DNA of 64,000 nucleotides from a bacterium. Its GTDB lineage: Bacteria > Patescibacteriota > Minisyncoccia > Phycocordibacterales > UBA918. The stretch is from the NCBI GenBank assembly GCA_043719295.1, contig JAYSUD010000006.1:17318-81317 (forward strand), read 5' to 3'. The translations under genes and the position numbers were made by a program. Under the pieces are notes generated by a model. That model did not search any database, was not told the origin of the DNA, and was given only the letters and a program-made list of their open reading frames with translations. Positions 47,393-56,405 of this stretch are shown piece by piece; the stretch's first letter is position 1, and each line of letters begins with the position of its first letter.

Positions 47393-48195
47393 ATCCCGTT
47401 ACACACCTTGAAACATTTGAATCACTCTCTCTAGAGGCACTTGATGCAAAGGCTGACATGCTCACTCGTATGGACAACAAGTATATCGTACGCGGGCGAC
47501 TCTCCACAAAATGCATAGAAAAGCTGCAGAGGGAATTTGATGTCCTTGCTATTGATAGACACCGCTTTTTCCAGTACCACTCAATATACTTCGATACCAA
47601 CTTACTTTGTTTCAACGAGTATAAAAAAGGCAAGCGTCAAAGATTTAAAGCGCGAACACGTGTCTACCAAGACACTAAAAACCTTGCTTTTTTTGAAATC
47701 AAACTCAGCGGGAAAGGATCTCAAACTGCCAAGTTTAGAATTCGTTGTAATACTGCTGAACATGGCACCTTGCCCCCTCATTTTCTGAACTTTTTGAAGG
47801 AAACATATCGCACACAATATAAAAAAGAGTTCACTCATACGTTGACTCCCGTTGTTTCAACTTCTTATAAACGAGTGACCTTGGTTGCAAAGAAGGGCGG
47901 GGAGCGTCTGACAATCGATTTTGATCTCGTGTTTACTGTCGAGGGTGAAGTTATACCGTTACCACATGATTTTTCAATTTGCGAGACAAAATCAAAAAAT
48001 GGTAATGGTCTGGCAGATAAAATCCTCCACGCAGAACGTATTCATCCTGTACTTGGATGTTCAAAGTTTGGACTTGCAATGGCTTTAAGTGGTAAGGTAA
48101 ACCGCTACAATAAATTCCTTCCAATACTGAAAAAACATCTTAAGGAAAGATTGCGGGAAATCTCCCAAAAATCCTTACATGTCCAACCACGTTAA
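47389..48195 (+). CDS. VTC-domain (CYTH-like, polyphosphate-polymerase-like) protein.
   Basis: ...MDNKYIVRGRL...FFEIKLSGKGSQTAKFRI...ICETKSKNG...; the bacterial VTC domain is normally found with DUF4956. Confidence 0.55.
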   Translation: MNPVTHLETFESLSLEALDAKADMLTRMDNKYIVRGRLSTKCIEKLQREFDVLAIDRHRFFQYHSIYFDTNLLCFNEYKKGKRQRFKARTRVYQDTKNLAFFEIKLSGKGSQTAKFRIRCNTAEHGTLPPHFLNFLKETYRTQYKKEFTHTLTPVVSTSYKRVTLVAKKGGERLTIDFDLVFTVEGEVIPLPHDFSICETKSKNGNGLADKILHAERIHPVLGCSKFGLAMALSGKVNRYNKFLPILKKHLKERLREISQKSLHVQPR

Positions 48196-48445
48196 ACCCG
48201 TTGAGAAAAAGAGAATCGAGTTGGTTGAGCCCGAAACAGAAGATGGTACTGATGCAGATGACGAGGTGGAAGAAAACTCGCTTTTAAGGAAGATGGCGGC
48301 GAAGGTGACAAAATCCAAGGTAACGGAAAAGAGGGTAAGAATAACAACTTGCTCCAAGTACGCCTTTTGGAACTTTTGTAACAGCTCATCGCACTCTTGC
48401 AAAGTCGATAGTATCGACACTTTGGTGCAAAACAAAAACTCCTAA
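48179..48445 (+). CDS. Hypothetical small protein of 88 aa that overlaps the end of the VTC gene.
   Basis: ORF only. The sequence is Lys/Glu-rich. Confidence 0.25.
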   Translation: MSNHVKPVEKKRIELVEPETEDGTDADDEVEENSLLRKMAAKVTKSKVTEKRVRITTCSKYAFWNFCNSSSHSCKVDSIDTLVQNKNS

Positions 48446-48462
48446 CCAGGAGTTTTTGTTTT
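48433..48462 (+). terminator. Terminator, AAAAACTCCT-aacc-AGGAGTTTTT plus GTTTT.
   Basis: Hairpin plus T-run at the end of the TCS-DUF4956-VTC transcription unit. Confidence 0.75.
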
Positions 48463-48527
48463 CTTGTTAATTGGACTTATCACTGTTTGTGAGGTATTCA
48501 AGCCTCCCAGTCGCGTCTCACTAGTAT

Positions 48528-48690
48528 GTGCGGGTGAGAGGAATATCGAAACTTACAGTTTCAACTATAACCCCACCCCCAACCCACATCACCTATACAA
48601 ATAACCACCACCCTCCCTCAATCTTCAGTATTCTATCCTCTGTGCGCACTACGAATTCATTCCTCGTCTAGAATGAGGTTGTGTATTTTA
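48528..48690. repeat. tRNA-Gly 3'-end-derived element R3, the degenerate copy. Its left terminus is GTGCGGGTGAGAGGAATATCGAAACTTACAGTTTCA. It contains a 69-nt G-free tract.
   Basis: Its left end matches the reverse complement of the tRNA-Gly 3' end plus the shared CTTACAG(C/T)TTCA box. Confidence 0.55.
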
Positions 48691-48966
48691 TGACTCAAGC
48701 AACTATTCGCGCTTTTACGCGCATGACGTTGATACGTGTTTACGAGTGTCTCAGGCAGTACAACGGTATCTAGGTACCAGAAGCTGTATCGAGATCACTC
48801 AGATTCGTAGCGCACACAGAAGGCAGGACTCTTGATTGATAGGGTGTATTAGTGATGACCATTTTCCACATGACAATTGCATACGCCGTATGTAATGAAG
48901 GCTTCCCTTTTAATCAAATTTGTAGTATTGTGCTTTTATAAGAGATGTTCATTCAGGAGAATCACG

Positions 48967-49281
48967 ATGTCATCATACATCCCTACTCCACACCAAGTCG
49001 AAGTGGCTCAAATTCTTATCGCCGAACTGAAGAATCTTGACTCACAAAAAATAAATCGTCTGGGTACGTTACGCGATCTTTGTCTTTCTATCATGAGAGA
49101 ACAAATGGACGGACTCGGAATAAGGCGCGTCAAGAAAATTGAGAAAATGGTGACAGATGATTCATTCGATCATGAACTGCTCAACATCTTCATTGGAATG
49201 CGCAACGACCAACGTGATGACGATAATGAGATAACAAGAGGGATGTTTAATCGGATCCAAGTAGCTCTTGGTCTGACTTGA
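48967..49281 (+). CDS. Hypothetical protein of 104 aa.
   Basis: The AGGAGA Shine-Dalgarno sequence lies 7 nt before ATG 48967 (MSSYIPTPHQVEVAQILIAELKNLD...). The track ORF starts at 48877. Confidence 0.5.
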   Translation: MSSYIPTPHQVEVAQILIAELKNLDSQKINRLGTLRDLCLSIMREQMDGLGIRRVKKIEKMVTDDSFDHELLNIFIGMRNDQRDDDNEITRGMFNRIQVALGLT

Positions 49282-49374
49282 CGGGGAAGTAACGGCTCAG
49301 TTTTTTCTTCATTGTTGGAAGCCCGTTTGGGTCTCGCATGCTTGCGGGGCCCTTTTTTTATATTTAAAAAATTG

Positions 49375-49510
49375 CTGTGCGGGTGAGAGGAATCGAAGCT
49401 TACAGCTTCAGTACACCTTTTGGTTATTTCTTTTCGTTCCTCAAGAAATTGATCAAAAGGTCTTCGATTCCTCACGTAACCTGATACTATCAGGTTACTT
49501 CACCCGCACA
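49375..49510. repeat. tRNA-Gly 3'-end-derived MITE-like element R2. Its inverted termini are GTGCGGGTGAGAGGAATCGAAG ... CTTCGATTCCTCAC-[hairpin]-TTCACCCGCACA.
   Basis: On the tRNA strand the last 24 nt equal the tRNA-Gly 3' end plus its trailer. Internal inverted repeats CCTTTTG...CAAAAGG and GTAACCTGATA/TATCAGGTTAC are present. Confidence 0.7.
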
Positions 49511-49603
49511 CTATGTTCCAACAAAAAAGTTCCTTAAGGGGACTTTTTTGGGAACATATCTGTGCACCTTGTGGGACGATGTTAGAGAAGTTTTAAATCT
49601 GAC

Positions 49604-50071
49604 CTAACCTCTCACTAGATCAAAAAGCTCATTACACTCCTCTCTCATAAACTCTTCAAATAGTTCAAGTTTCGGGTCCCCTGCTTCGAGCACCGCTTTA
49701 CACTTCATATTAATTTGTCGCCATGAAAATCTTTCTGTAGCATGCCCTTCTGCATCTTCAATCGTTGCTCCAAACACAATCCCCCCCATACGTGCCCATA
49801 TTGCAGCTGAAGCACACATCGGACACGGTTCATGTGTTGTATATAAAACCATACCACTCAAGCGTCGCGTCTGTAATTTTGCACAAGCGTTTCTTATTGC
49901 AACTATTTCACCATGAACAGTTGGGTCATTTTCATGTTTCAGATTAGTTGTTCCCACTGAAATAATCTTTCCGTCTTTTTCTATTACAGCACCAAGTGCA
50001 TAGTCACCGTTCTTTGCAGATTCTTTAGCTGCTTCTATAGCTGCCTCCATCATTTTCTGGTTTGGTTTCAT
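49604..50071 (-). CDS. Nucleoside/tRNA-specific deaminase (TadA-like, CDA fold).
   Basis: The start is MKPNQKMMEAAIEAAK. Motifs: DPTVHGEIVAIRNA and HEPCPMCASAAIWARMGG (H[AG]E...PCxxC). The track ORF extends upstream through repeat R1. Confidence 0.8.
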   Translation of the reverse strand: MKPNQKMMEAAIEAAKESAKNGDYALGAVIEKDGKIISVGTTNLKHENDPTVHGEIVAIRNACAKLQTRRLSGMVLYTTHEPCPMCASAAIWARMGGIVFGATIEDAEGHATERFSWRQINMKCKAVLEAGDPKLELFEEFMREECNELFDLVRG

Positions 50072-50090
50072 TAGCACAAGTATAACAAAA

Positions 50091-50222
50091 GGGTGAGAGG
50101 AATCGAAGCTTACAGCTTCAGTACAGGTTGTCAGTATTTTAGTTCGCTTCGCTCTTAAACTACCAGGCAACCTTTTCGATTCCTCACGAAAGTGCGTCAA
50201 AGCACTTTCTTCACTCCGCACA
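50091..50222. repeat. tRNA-Gly 3'-end-derived MITE-like element R1. It has the same architecture as R2 but a different inserted hairpin, GAAAGTGC-gtcaa-GCACTTTC.
   Basis: GGGTGAGAGGAATCGAAGCTTACAGCTTCAGTACA...TTTTCGATTCCTCACG-hairpin-TTCACTCCGCACA. It also supplies a TGTTATACT extended -10 for the deaminase gene. Confidence 0.7.
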
Positions 50223-50227
50223 GCAAC

Positions 50228-50259
50228 AACAGAAAAACCGTCCCTAAGGACGGCTTTTC
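50228..50259 (-). terminator. Terminator directly after tRNA-Gly, AAAGCCGTCC-ttag-GGACGGTTTT plus TCTGTTGTTG on the minus strand.
   Basis: A perfect 10-bp stem 8 nt past the tRNA 3' end. Confidence 0.75.
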
Positions 50260-50269
50260 ATGTTGGCTG

Positions 50270-50340
50270 TGCGGGTGAGAGGAATCGAACCCCCGACTAC
50301 TGCTTGGAAGGCAGTCGTTTTACCACTAAACCACACCCGC
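50270..50340 (-). tRNA. tRNA-Gly (anticodon TCC).
   Basis: Manual cloverleaf: acceptor GCGGGTG/CACCCGC; D arm GTTT-AGTGGTA-AAAC; anticodon arm ACTGC-CTTCCAA-GCAGT; T arm GGGGG-TTCGATT-CCTCT; discriminator A. No CCA is encoded. Confidence 0.85.
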
Positions 50341-50416
50341 GTGTGAGTACGTAACGTGCGACATAATAGCACTTATTCCTGCAGATTTCTAGCCTCGTTT
50401 GCTATACTCACTGTAC

Positions 50417-51496
50417 ATGGACTTTCTTTCACAACTTGTATCGGTACTACTTGGCTCATATCTTGCCTTTACTAATACACTTGCGCTCTATATTGAAGAG
50501 GCACTTCCTTCATATCTCTCTTCTACAACATCCCGGGAAGTTGCCTATACTGATCCACAACTTATACCAATTGTTTCAAAAACTCCGTTTACAAGTATCC
50601 CCGATATTCTGCTTAAAAATAATGCCTACCAAAAAGCTTCAATTGTTGAAAGTATTGATCCCGTAACTGCACCTGCTACAGCGCTTGAAGCTTTGGTCAA
50701 TATTTACTGTACGTACAAAACAGACAAGTATATTAAAACAACTACAGGTACGGGATTTTTTATTGATACCAATGGAGTTATTTTAACCAATGCCCATGTA
50801 GCTCAGTTTCTCCTACTTGAAGGACTTGAAGGTCAAGCAGACTGTATTATCCGAACGGGCAATCCTGCAACTGCAGCGTATGAAGCAGACTTACTTTACA
50901 TCCCGCCTACGTGGGTAAAAGAGCATGCACAGATGATAAATGACGTTACTCCAAAAGGAACAGGTGAGCGGGATTATGCACTCTTGTATGTCACTTCGGC
51001 ACTTGAAGGAAAACCTATGCCTGCACAATTTAAAGCACTCCCTTTTGAGACAGCTCCACTACCAATACGTGCAAATAATACAGAAGTTTTTGCAACGGGA
51101 TACCCTGCAGAATCAATGCTTAAAGAAGGGATTAACGGCCCACTTATTCCAAAACAAGCAACAACCACCATTACTGAACTCATGACGTTTGGATCAAACC
51201 TTGTTGATATTTTTACCATAAAAGGTTCAGCTATTGGTGAGCATGGTTCTTCAGGAGGGCCCGTGGTAAACATGGAAGGTAAAACTATCGGCATTATTAG
51301 TACCAAAGGTGATGATGAACGGTTTGGTAAAGGAAGTTTACGAGCAGTTTCACTTGCGTACATCAATAGAACTATTAAAGAAGAAACAGGTTTTGAACTG
51401 TATCAAAACATGAGTGGCAATCTCCCTTATCGTGCACAACTTTTTAAAGAGACCATAACTCCTTTTCTTCAAAGGATACTGCAAGCAGAGCTGTAG
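50417..51496 (+). CDS. Secreted trypsin-like serine protease (S1C family, HtrA-like protease domain, no PDZ domain seen).
   Basis: Signal peptide; GTGFFIDTNGVILTNAHV (His region)...GSSGGPVVNMEGKTIGIIS (Ser region). Confidence 0.8.
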   Translation: MDFLSQLVSVLLGSYLAFTNTLALYIEEALPSYLSSTTSREVAYTDPQLIPIVSKTPFTSIPDILLKNNAYQKASIVESIDPVTAPATALEALVNIYCTYKTDKYIKTTTGTGFFIDTNGVILTNAHVAQFLLLEGLEGQADCIIRTGNPATAAYEADLLYIPPTWVKEHAQMINDVTPKGTGERDYALLYVTSALEGKPMPAQFKALPFETAPLPIRANNTEVFATGYPAESMLKEGINGPLIPKQATTTITELMTFGSNLVDIFTIKGSAIGEHGSSGGPVVNMEGKTIGIISTKGDDERFGKGSLRAVSLAYINRTIKEETGFELYQNMSGNLPYRAQLFKETITPFLQRILQAEL

Positions 51497-51503
51497 GACA
51501 GAA

Positions 51504-51536
51504 CAAACGCGCAACTTTGAGGTTGCGCGTTTCTTG
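51504..51536. terminator. Hairpin AAACGCGCAAC-tttgag-GTTGCGCGTTT.
   Basis: An 11-bp perfect stem lying between convergent genes. Confidence 0.65.
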
Positions 51537-51553
51537 ATGTTAAGAAAAGTATA

Positions 51554-51838
51554 TTATTCCCAAGACCAAGGATGACTTGTCAAAGCGGCATAATCTTCAT
51601 GGGCCAAAGAAAGTGCATCTCTATGGAGCAAAGACCCACGACGATGCAAATACAAATCCATGAGATGCCCATCTATTTCAGTAAAATCTTTCTCATGATT
51701 TCTCCATGCGAGATAGAGGCTACATACTCCGAGTTCTTGCAATCTCTTTGTAAACCATGATACGTCTCTTACTTCAACTGAAGCTACACAGTTAAGTAAC
51801 TGCGGGAATGGATGATTCCCTTTTGAAACAAACGTCAT
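51554..51838 (-). CDS. Hypothetical protein of 94 aa.
   Basis: GGAGGG lies 8 nt before ATG 51838 (MTFVSKGNHPFPQLL...). A faint Vsr/DUF559-like stretch (AWRNHEKDF) is not conclusive. Confidence 0.45.
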   Translation of the reverse strand: MTFVSKGNHPFPQLLNCVASVEVRDVSWFTKRLQELGVCSLYLAWRNHEKDFTEIDGHLMDLYLHRRGSLLHRDALSLAHEDYAALTSHPWSWE

Positions 51839-52252
51839 TTCTTTCTCCCTCTGTTTTTTTCTTCCCATCCATATCACCTGACATGGCGGATATATTTCGA
51901 ACGCCTCATTGCGGTCCGAGTGCAAAGAGGAATTTATTTCCTTACTCTCTGTACTCAAACGACAAACAAAAGACCCGATGGTTCCCTGAGGAAACATCGG
52001 GTCATTTTGAGTTTATAATTTCTACACCTTCAAAACAACACGAGTTTCCTTGCTTCTAAACCAGAAATAGAATGGTGTTGTTGTTGAATATGTCCGTTGC
52101 ATATTTCATTTATATCGCATCCCTAAAAAAGAGTCAATTAATTACTTTGTTTGTGCCCATTGCAATTACGGAATTTTACTCTATAGTACAACCTTAATGT
52201 CAACCCAACAGGACGGGCAGAAATCCGTTCTTTATTTCGAAAGGGACTTCCA

Positions 52253-52885
52253 ATGATTGATTCGCTCACTGTCGTGTCACACCCGTTGGTGCAACACAAA
52301 CTCACGCTCATGCGTGAGAAAACAACTTGTACTTCTGAATTCCGTAGACTTCTACGGGAAATCAGCCAGCTTTTGGCGTACGAGGTCACTCGTGGACTGC
52401 CGATGACCACAAGACAAATTGAAACCCCGCTTGAGTTGATGGATGCTCCAACCCTTGGTGACAAGAAGTTGACTTTGGTTTCAATCTTGCGGGCAGGTAA
52501 CGGCCTTCTTGATGGAATCTTGGAACTTATTCCCACAGCAAAAGTAGGGTTCGTCGGCCTTTACCGTGATCCTGAAACGCTGCAACCGGTGCAGTACTAT
52601 TGTAAGCTGCCAGAGGGCTTGGCTGAATGTATCAATATCGTTGTTGATCCGATGCTAGCAACTGGCAATTCGTCGGTGGCTGCGGTGAACCTTTTAAAGA
52701 AGGCGGGCGCAAAAAACATCCGTTTTCTTTGTCTTCTGGCAGCGCCAGAAGGGATCAAACGTATGCAAGAGGAGCACCCGGACGTACCGATCGTCACAGC
52801 GGCGGTTGATAGTCACCTCAACGAGCACGGGTACATCGTTCCTGGTCTCGGGGATGCCGGCGATCGGATGTTTGGAACAAAATAA
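52253..52885 (+). CDS. upp: Uracil phosphoribosyltransferase.
   Basis: [12 protein letters not shown]...[11 protein letters not shown]...[10 protein letters not shown]...[17 protein letters not shown]. Confidence 0.92.
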   Translation: MIDSLTVVSHPLVQHKLTLMREKTTCTSEFRRLLREISQLLAYEVTRGLPMTTRQIETPLELMDAPTLGDKKLTLVSILRAGNGLLDGILELIPTAKVGFVGLYRDPETLQPVQYYCKLPEGLAECINIVVDPMLATGNSSVAAVNLLKKAGAKNIRFLCLLAAPEGIKRMQEEHPDVPIVTAAVDSHLNEHGYIVPGLGDAGDRMFGTK

Positions 52886-52960
52886 AAACGCAAAAGGGCG
52901 GTGCTTACGCACCGCCCTCCCCACCCTACCGACTTGCATCCGCAGTCGGCTTTTTGTATT
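52885..52960. terminator. Back-to-back convergent terminators. GGGCGGTGC-ttac-GCACCGCCC serves the minus-strand gene, and CCGACT-...-AGTCGG plus TTTTTGTATTTTT serves upp.
   Basis: Two hairpins, each followed by a T-run on its own strand. Confidence 0.75.
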
Positions 52961-52974
52961 TTTAAAAATTAACT

Positions 52975-54504
52975 CTATTGCGCAACAGTTGGTTCTGTTG
53001 TTGTTGCAGTTACCGGAGCCACTTCAACTGTCCCTTCAACTTTGATTGGTTCGTTTGAGGTAAGGAAATCAATATCAGCTGCCATGTTTCGAGCTGATTC
53101 AACACTCGTTTTAGCTTGATCAATAGAACCTTTTTCTAGGAAAGTGGTTACTTTTTTTAACTCAGAGGTAACCTGTTTTTGTCCATAGGTTACTTTACTT
53201 GAAAGTCGTGAAGAAATACTTCGTGCAGTTACTTTTGCCTGGAGTGTTTGTGTCTCTTCAAACAAATTCATTACCTCTTGTACTTTTTCTTCAGTAGTCG
53301 GCACAACAGGAACTAAATCATTTATTTCAACATTTTCTCGTACATCAATATGAGAAAGGTAATTGAGTAGCTTTTGAATATCTGTTAGTGTAACTCGAAG
53401 TGATGCAACTGCTTCAGCTTCTTGGGCACTTTTCTCTTCATCAGTTTTCGCTGGTGCTACATCTGCAATCAAAGCAACATCGGTTGCTGTCATCATTGCA
53501 ATGTCATCGGTTCCAGTGGCTACAGTTTCTGCCACAGCAGAAACCGCGTCACTAGTTACAAGTGTCTTCTGTGACATTGAAAGTCCGAGAGCAACCACTT
53601 CTGCATCTGTAGAAACAGCTCTCCCTTCTTTAGTGGTAACTGCATACGCAACTTTGCGCTCAACGTCAGCAAGACGTCGTTCTACATCAGCTACCTGTGA
53701 TTGAGTTGCACCTTTTTTAACTGATTCAAACAATTCATATATTTTGGTCGATTCTTGCTCAACAGTTGCAAGTAATTTTTCATATGAAAGTGAAGATGCC
53801 GTTTGAGCAGTTTCAGCAGATGTTCTTGCTTTAGCAACTACATCTACAAGTGCAACAACTGAGTAGTCACCAGTCCCTTGCGTGTTTTCGTTCCCAATAT
53901 GCCCTTCAAGCACCTCAGACTGCACCGCGAGCGCTGACGCAAAGGCAATTGACGCTAGTTCAGCACCGTCACTATCTGTTTCTCGTAACTCCGCAATTTC
54001 TCGTTGTGCAGCGTCGGTGTGGGTTTGTACTGCTTCCGCTACTGCACTTTCTGCCTGTGGAGTTAATCGTCCCTCACTTGCAAGTAATCGTGCTTCAGAG
54101 ATTCGTCGTTCAAGACGTTGTGTTTCCCATTCTACTTTTGCATATGGTGAGAAGGCAAGTGTTGACCGCAACTCTTCATTAAATTGAACTTTAACTGGAT
54201 AGAGTGCATCACCAGGAACCGCCCGTTCAGCAAGCGCCGGAACTCCAAGTATTAAAAAGAATACAAATGCTCCTCCAAACGCTCGTGTGTATATTTTATT
54301 AAAAGTAAATGCATAGAAAGGTTCAGAAATGATCCCAACAGCCTTCGTGTTTTTTGAAAAAGTATTTTTAGTCACTACCATTTCTGGTGGAAGTGGATGA
54401 TACTCCATATAGGAAACAAGCCGAGCTTTAAGCTCTTCTTTTTCAGAAGCCCGCATTATGATGCGCTCCCCTTGTTTCTTAAATTGTTGACTAAACCGTT
54501 TCAT
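52975..54504 (-). CDS. Putative anti-sigma factor or sigma-associated membrane protein (DUF5667-like), with a long Ala/Thr/Glu-rich coiled region.
   Basis: It is translationally coupled downstream of the ECF sigma gene. It has one transmembrane helix (GGAFVFFLILGVPALA) and a low-complexity helical region. Confidence 0.5.
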   Translation of the reverse strand: MKRFSQQFKKQGERIIMRASEKEELKARLVSYMEYHPLPPEMVVTKNTFSKNTKAVGIISEPFYAFTFNKIYTRAFGGAFVFFLILGVPALAERAVPGDALYPVKVQFNEELRSTLAFSPYAKVEWETQRLERRISEARLLASEGRLTPQAESAVAEAVQTHTDAAQREIAELRETDSDGAELASIAFASALAVQSEVLEGHIGNENTQGTGDYSVVALVDVVAKARTSAETAQTASSLSYEKLLATVEQESTKIYELFESVKKGATQSQVADVERRLADVERKVAYAVTTKEGRAVSTDAEVVALGLSMSQKTLVTSDAVSAVAETVATGTDDIAMMTATDVALIADVAPAKTDEEKSAQEAEAVASLRVTLTDIQKLLNYLSHIDVRENVEINDLVPVVPTTEEKVQEVMNLFEETQTLQAKVTARSISSRLSSKVTYGQKQVTSELKKVTTFLEKGSIDQAKTSVESARNMAADIDFLTSNEPIKVEGTVEVAPVTATTTEPTVAQ

Positions 54505-54510
54505 TGTAAA

Positions 54511-55104
54511 TTATTTCTTTTTTGTGTTTTTTGTACGGACCGCAATTGCTTCTTTTTCTTTTGACTCAACCATTTGTCGAAGGAGTCGCAACGCTCGGTG
54601 TAACCGAACCGATACCACGTTTTCAGTCTCTTCAATGAGAACGCTTATCTCTTTTGGTCCCAGTTCATCGATAAACCGCAAGATGATAACTTCCTTGTAT
54701 ACATCAGGAAGTGTCTCTACAAGCCCAAAGACCTGCTTACCATCAAGTGTTGCTGCAAGTGACTCAACAGTGTTTGAAGACAGTTCGTCAAACGAACCTT
54801 CATCAATTCCATCAATTTCGAATAGTGCATCAAGTGAAGCTTCTTTAGTTTTGCGGTACTCATCAATAATCAAATTATTGAGTACTTTGTATAAAAAAGG
54901 TCTAAAAGACTCTACTTCATGCCCCTTTCGCACGTACGCCCATACTTTAGTATAGGTGTCGTGTACAACATCAATGGCTCGTTCTCTATCGCTTATACGT
55001 AAGAAAGCGTGCCGGAATAAGGCATCACTATACTCCTCGAAAGCTTTCAAAAAACGCTCTTCGTGGTCCCCTTTTATGCTGTCATTACTTGTAGGACTCT
55101 GCAT
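54511..55104 (-). CDS. ECF-type RNA polymerase sigma-70 factor.
   Basis: Region 2 is DVVHDTYTKVWAY. Region 4 is LPDVYKEVIILRFIDELGPKEISVLIEETENVVSVRLHRAL. Confidence 0.85.
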   Translation of the reverse strand: MQSPTSNDSIKGDHEERFLKAFEEYSDALFRHAFLRISDRERAIDVVHDTYTKVWAYVRKGHEVESFRPFLYKVLNNLIIDEYRKTKEASLDALFEIDGIDEGSFDELSSNTVESLAATLDGKQVFGLVETLPDVYKEVIILRFIDELGPKEISVLIEETENVVSVRLHRALRLLRQMVESKEKEAIAVRTKNTKKK

Positions 55105-55182
55105 GCAAGAACCATTATACGTGAAGACGTGAAGATTACCTGTTTCTTACTCACAAATGGAGCGAGAGTCGTAATTTGGCAA

Positions 55183-55246
55183 GATATTGAGCCAAATATA
55201 CTCAAAGAAAAGCTCGCTTTTAGTTTGAGTATATTTGGCTCAATAT
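55183..55246. repeat. 23/24-bp perfect inverted repeat, GATATTGAGCCAAATATACTCAAA ... TTTGAGTATATTTGGCTCAATAT, with a 17-nt loop. It lies upstream of the ECF sigma gene.
   Basis: Perfect arms. The ORFs 55063..55377(+) and 55074..55385(-) are mirror artefacts of this repeat. Confidence 0.7.
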
Positions 55247-55551
55247 GCAGGCTTCGCTTGCGCCAAGTTATGACCGAGCGGAATGCAGGGAGAACAAACT
55301 TTTCTGAACACCGCAGTGTGAAGAAAACGTTTTTACTGACAAAGAACTCTTTCTCCTTTTTAGGTATAAATCTGTAAAAATGCAAACTTTGTTTGCGTCC
55401 ATACTGATTTCCGAGCGGAGCGTAGATAGAACAAATTTGCTTGTTTCTAGCAAATTTTTACTCATAAAATCAAAATTATCCAATGGTTATGATCTCTATA
55501 CAAAAAACGAGCTCGGCCGGGAAAAATCCCTAGCCGAGCCCAAACAGGACC

Positions 55552-56391
55552 TTAGTCCCGAAGCATTTCATTCAATGCTGTCGCCGCGTCTGTCCCTTCG
55601 TCCCGATACTTCACGATGTAAGGACAGAGAAGGCCGTTCTTCGGATGGATGCCCATCATGACAACAGCCCGAGCGGGGACTTCGCCAAAAGTGATCGCAC
55701 CATCTTTGGTCCGATCAACAATCGGGGTATTCTTTCCGATAAACACCCCCATTGAAAGAACTGCTCCTTCGCGAACAATCACTCCTTCGACTACCTCGGA
55801 TCGTGCTCCGATGAAGCAGTTGTCCTCGATGATGGTCGGGTTGGCCTGCAGTGGTTCAAGAACCCCACCAATCCCAACTCCTCCAGACAAATGGCAGTTC
55901 TTACCAATTTGTGCACAAGAGCCAACCGTCGCCCACGTATCAACCATCGTGTTTTCACCGACATAAGCTCCGACGTTCACAAACGACGGCATCAGTACGA
56001 CATTCTTGCCAATAAATGCGGAGTGTCGCACGATAGACCCTGGCAATGCCCTGAAACCGGCTTCACGCCATCGCAGAGAACCCCACCCCAGGAATTTCGA
56101 TGGAACCTTGTCATACCAAGTTGAATCATCGTTCCCACCTTCAACCAATTTCATATCATTAAGCCTGAACGAAAGTAGAACAGCTTTCTTCGCCCAATCG
56201 TTCACGACCCAAATTATCTTGCCGTCTGCCCCTGGAAAAGGCTCTGCTATCCGCAGTTCGCCCCCATCAAGCATTTCTAAGACTTTTCGAATCAAAGCCT
56301 TTTCTGGCGTTTTTGCCGTTGTTGAACTGAGTTTGTCTTTGTTATTCCACATCTCGTTAATGGGCAGGCTAAACTCGTCATCTTTAAACAT
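55552..56391 (-). CDS. dapD: 2,3,4,5-tetrahydropyridine-2,6-dicarboxylate N-succinyltransferase.
   Basis: The N-terminal domain plus hexapeptide-repeat left-handed beta-helix (...[36 protein letters not shown]...) matches DapD. Confidence 0.8.
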   Translation of the reverse strand: MFKDDEFSLPINEMWNNKDKLSSTTAKTPEKALIRKVLEMLDGGELRIAEPFPGADGKIIWVVNDWAKKAVLLSFRLNDMKLVEGGNDDSTWYDKVPSKFLGWGSLRWREAGFRALPGSIVRHSAFIGKNVVLMPSFVNVGAYVGENTMVDTWATVGSCAQIGKNCHLSGGVGIGGVLEPLQANPTIIEDNCFIGARSEVVEGVIVREGAVLSMGVFIGKNTPIVDRTKDGAITFGEVPARAVVMMGIHPKNGLLCPYIVKYRDEGTDAATALNEMLRD

Positions 56392-56405
56392 AGGTTTCTC
56401 CTTCT

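Noticed and set aside
49375-49510. The R2 element as an intron-containing or permuted tRNA gene.
   Set aside because: Only acceptor-like and T-arm-like ends are present. No D-arm or anticodon arm can be formed, and the ends are inverted copies of each other (MITE-like), not a cloverleaf.
48480-50340. A prophage or integrative island at tRNA-Gly.
   Set aside because: There is no integrase, recombinase or phage gene. The segments between the tRNA-end copies are only 0.2-0.8 kb and carry a deaminase and one small ORF.
52000-52250. A PyrR-type attenuator upstream of upp.
   Set aside because: A weak hairpin plus T-run exists (GGACGG..CCGTTC), but the PyrR binding-loop consensus is not present.
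55063-55385. ORFs 55063..55377(+) and 55074..55385(-).
   Set aside because: Both read through the 24-bp perfect inverted repeat and mirror each other (NILKEKLAFSLSIFGSI in both), so they are palindrome artefacts.
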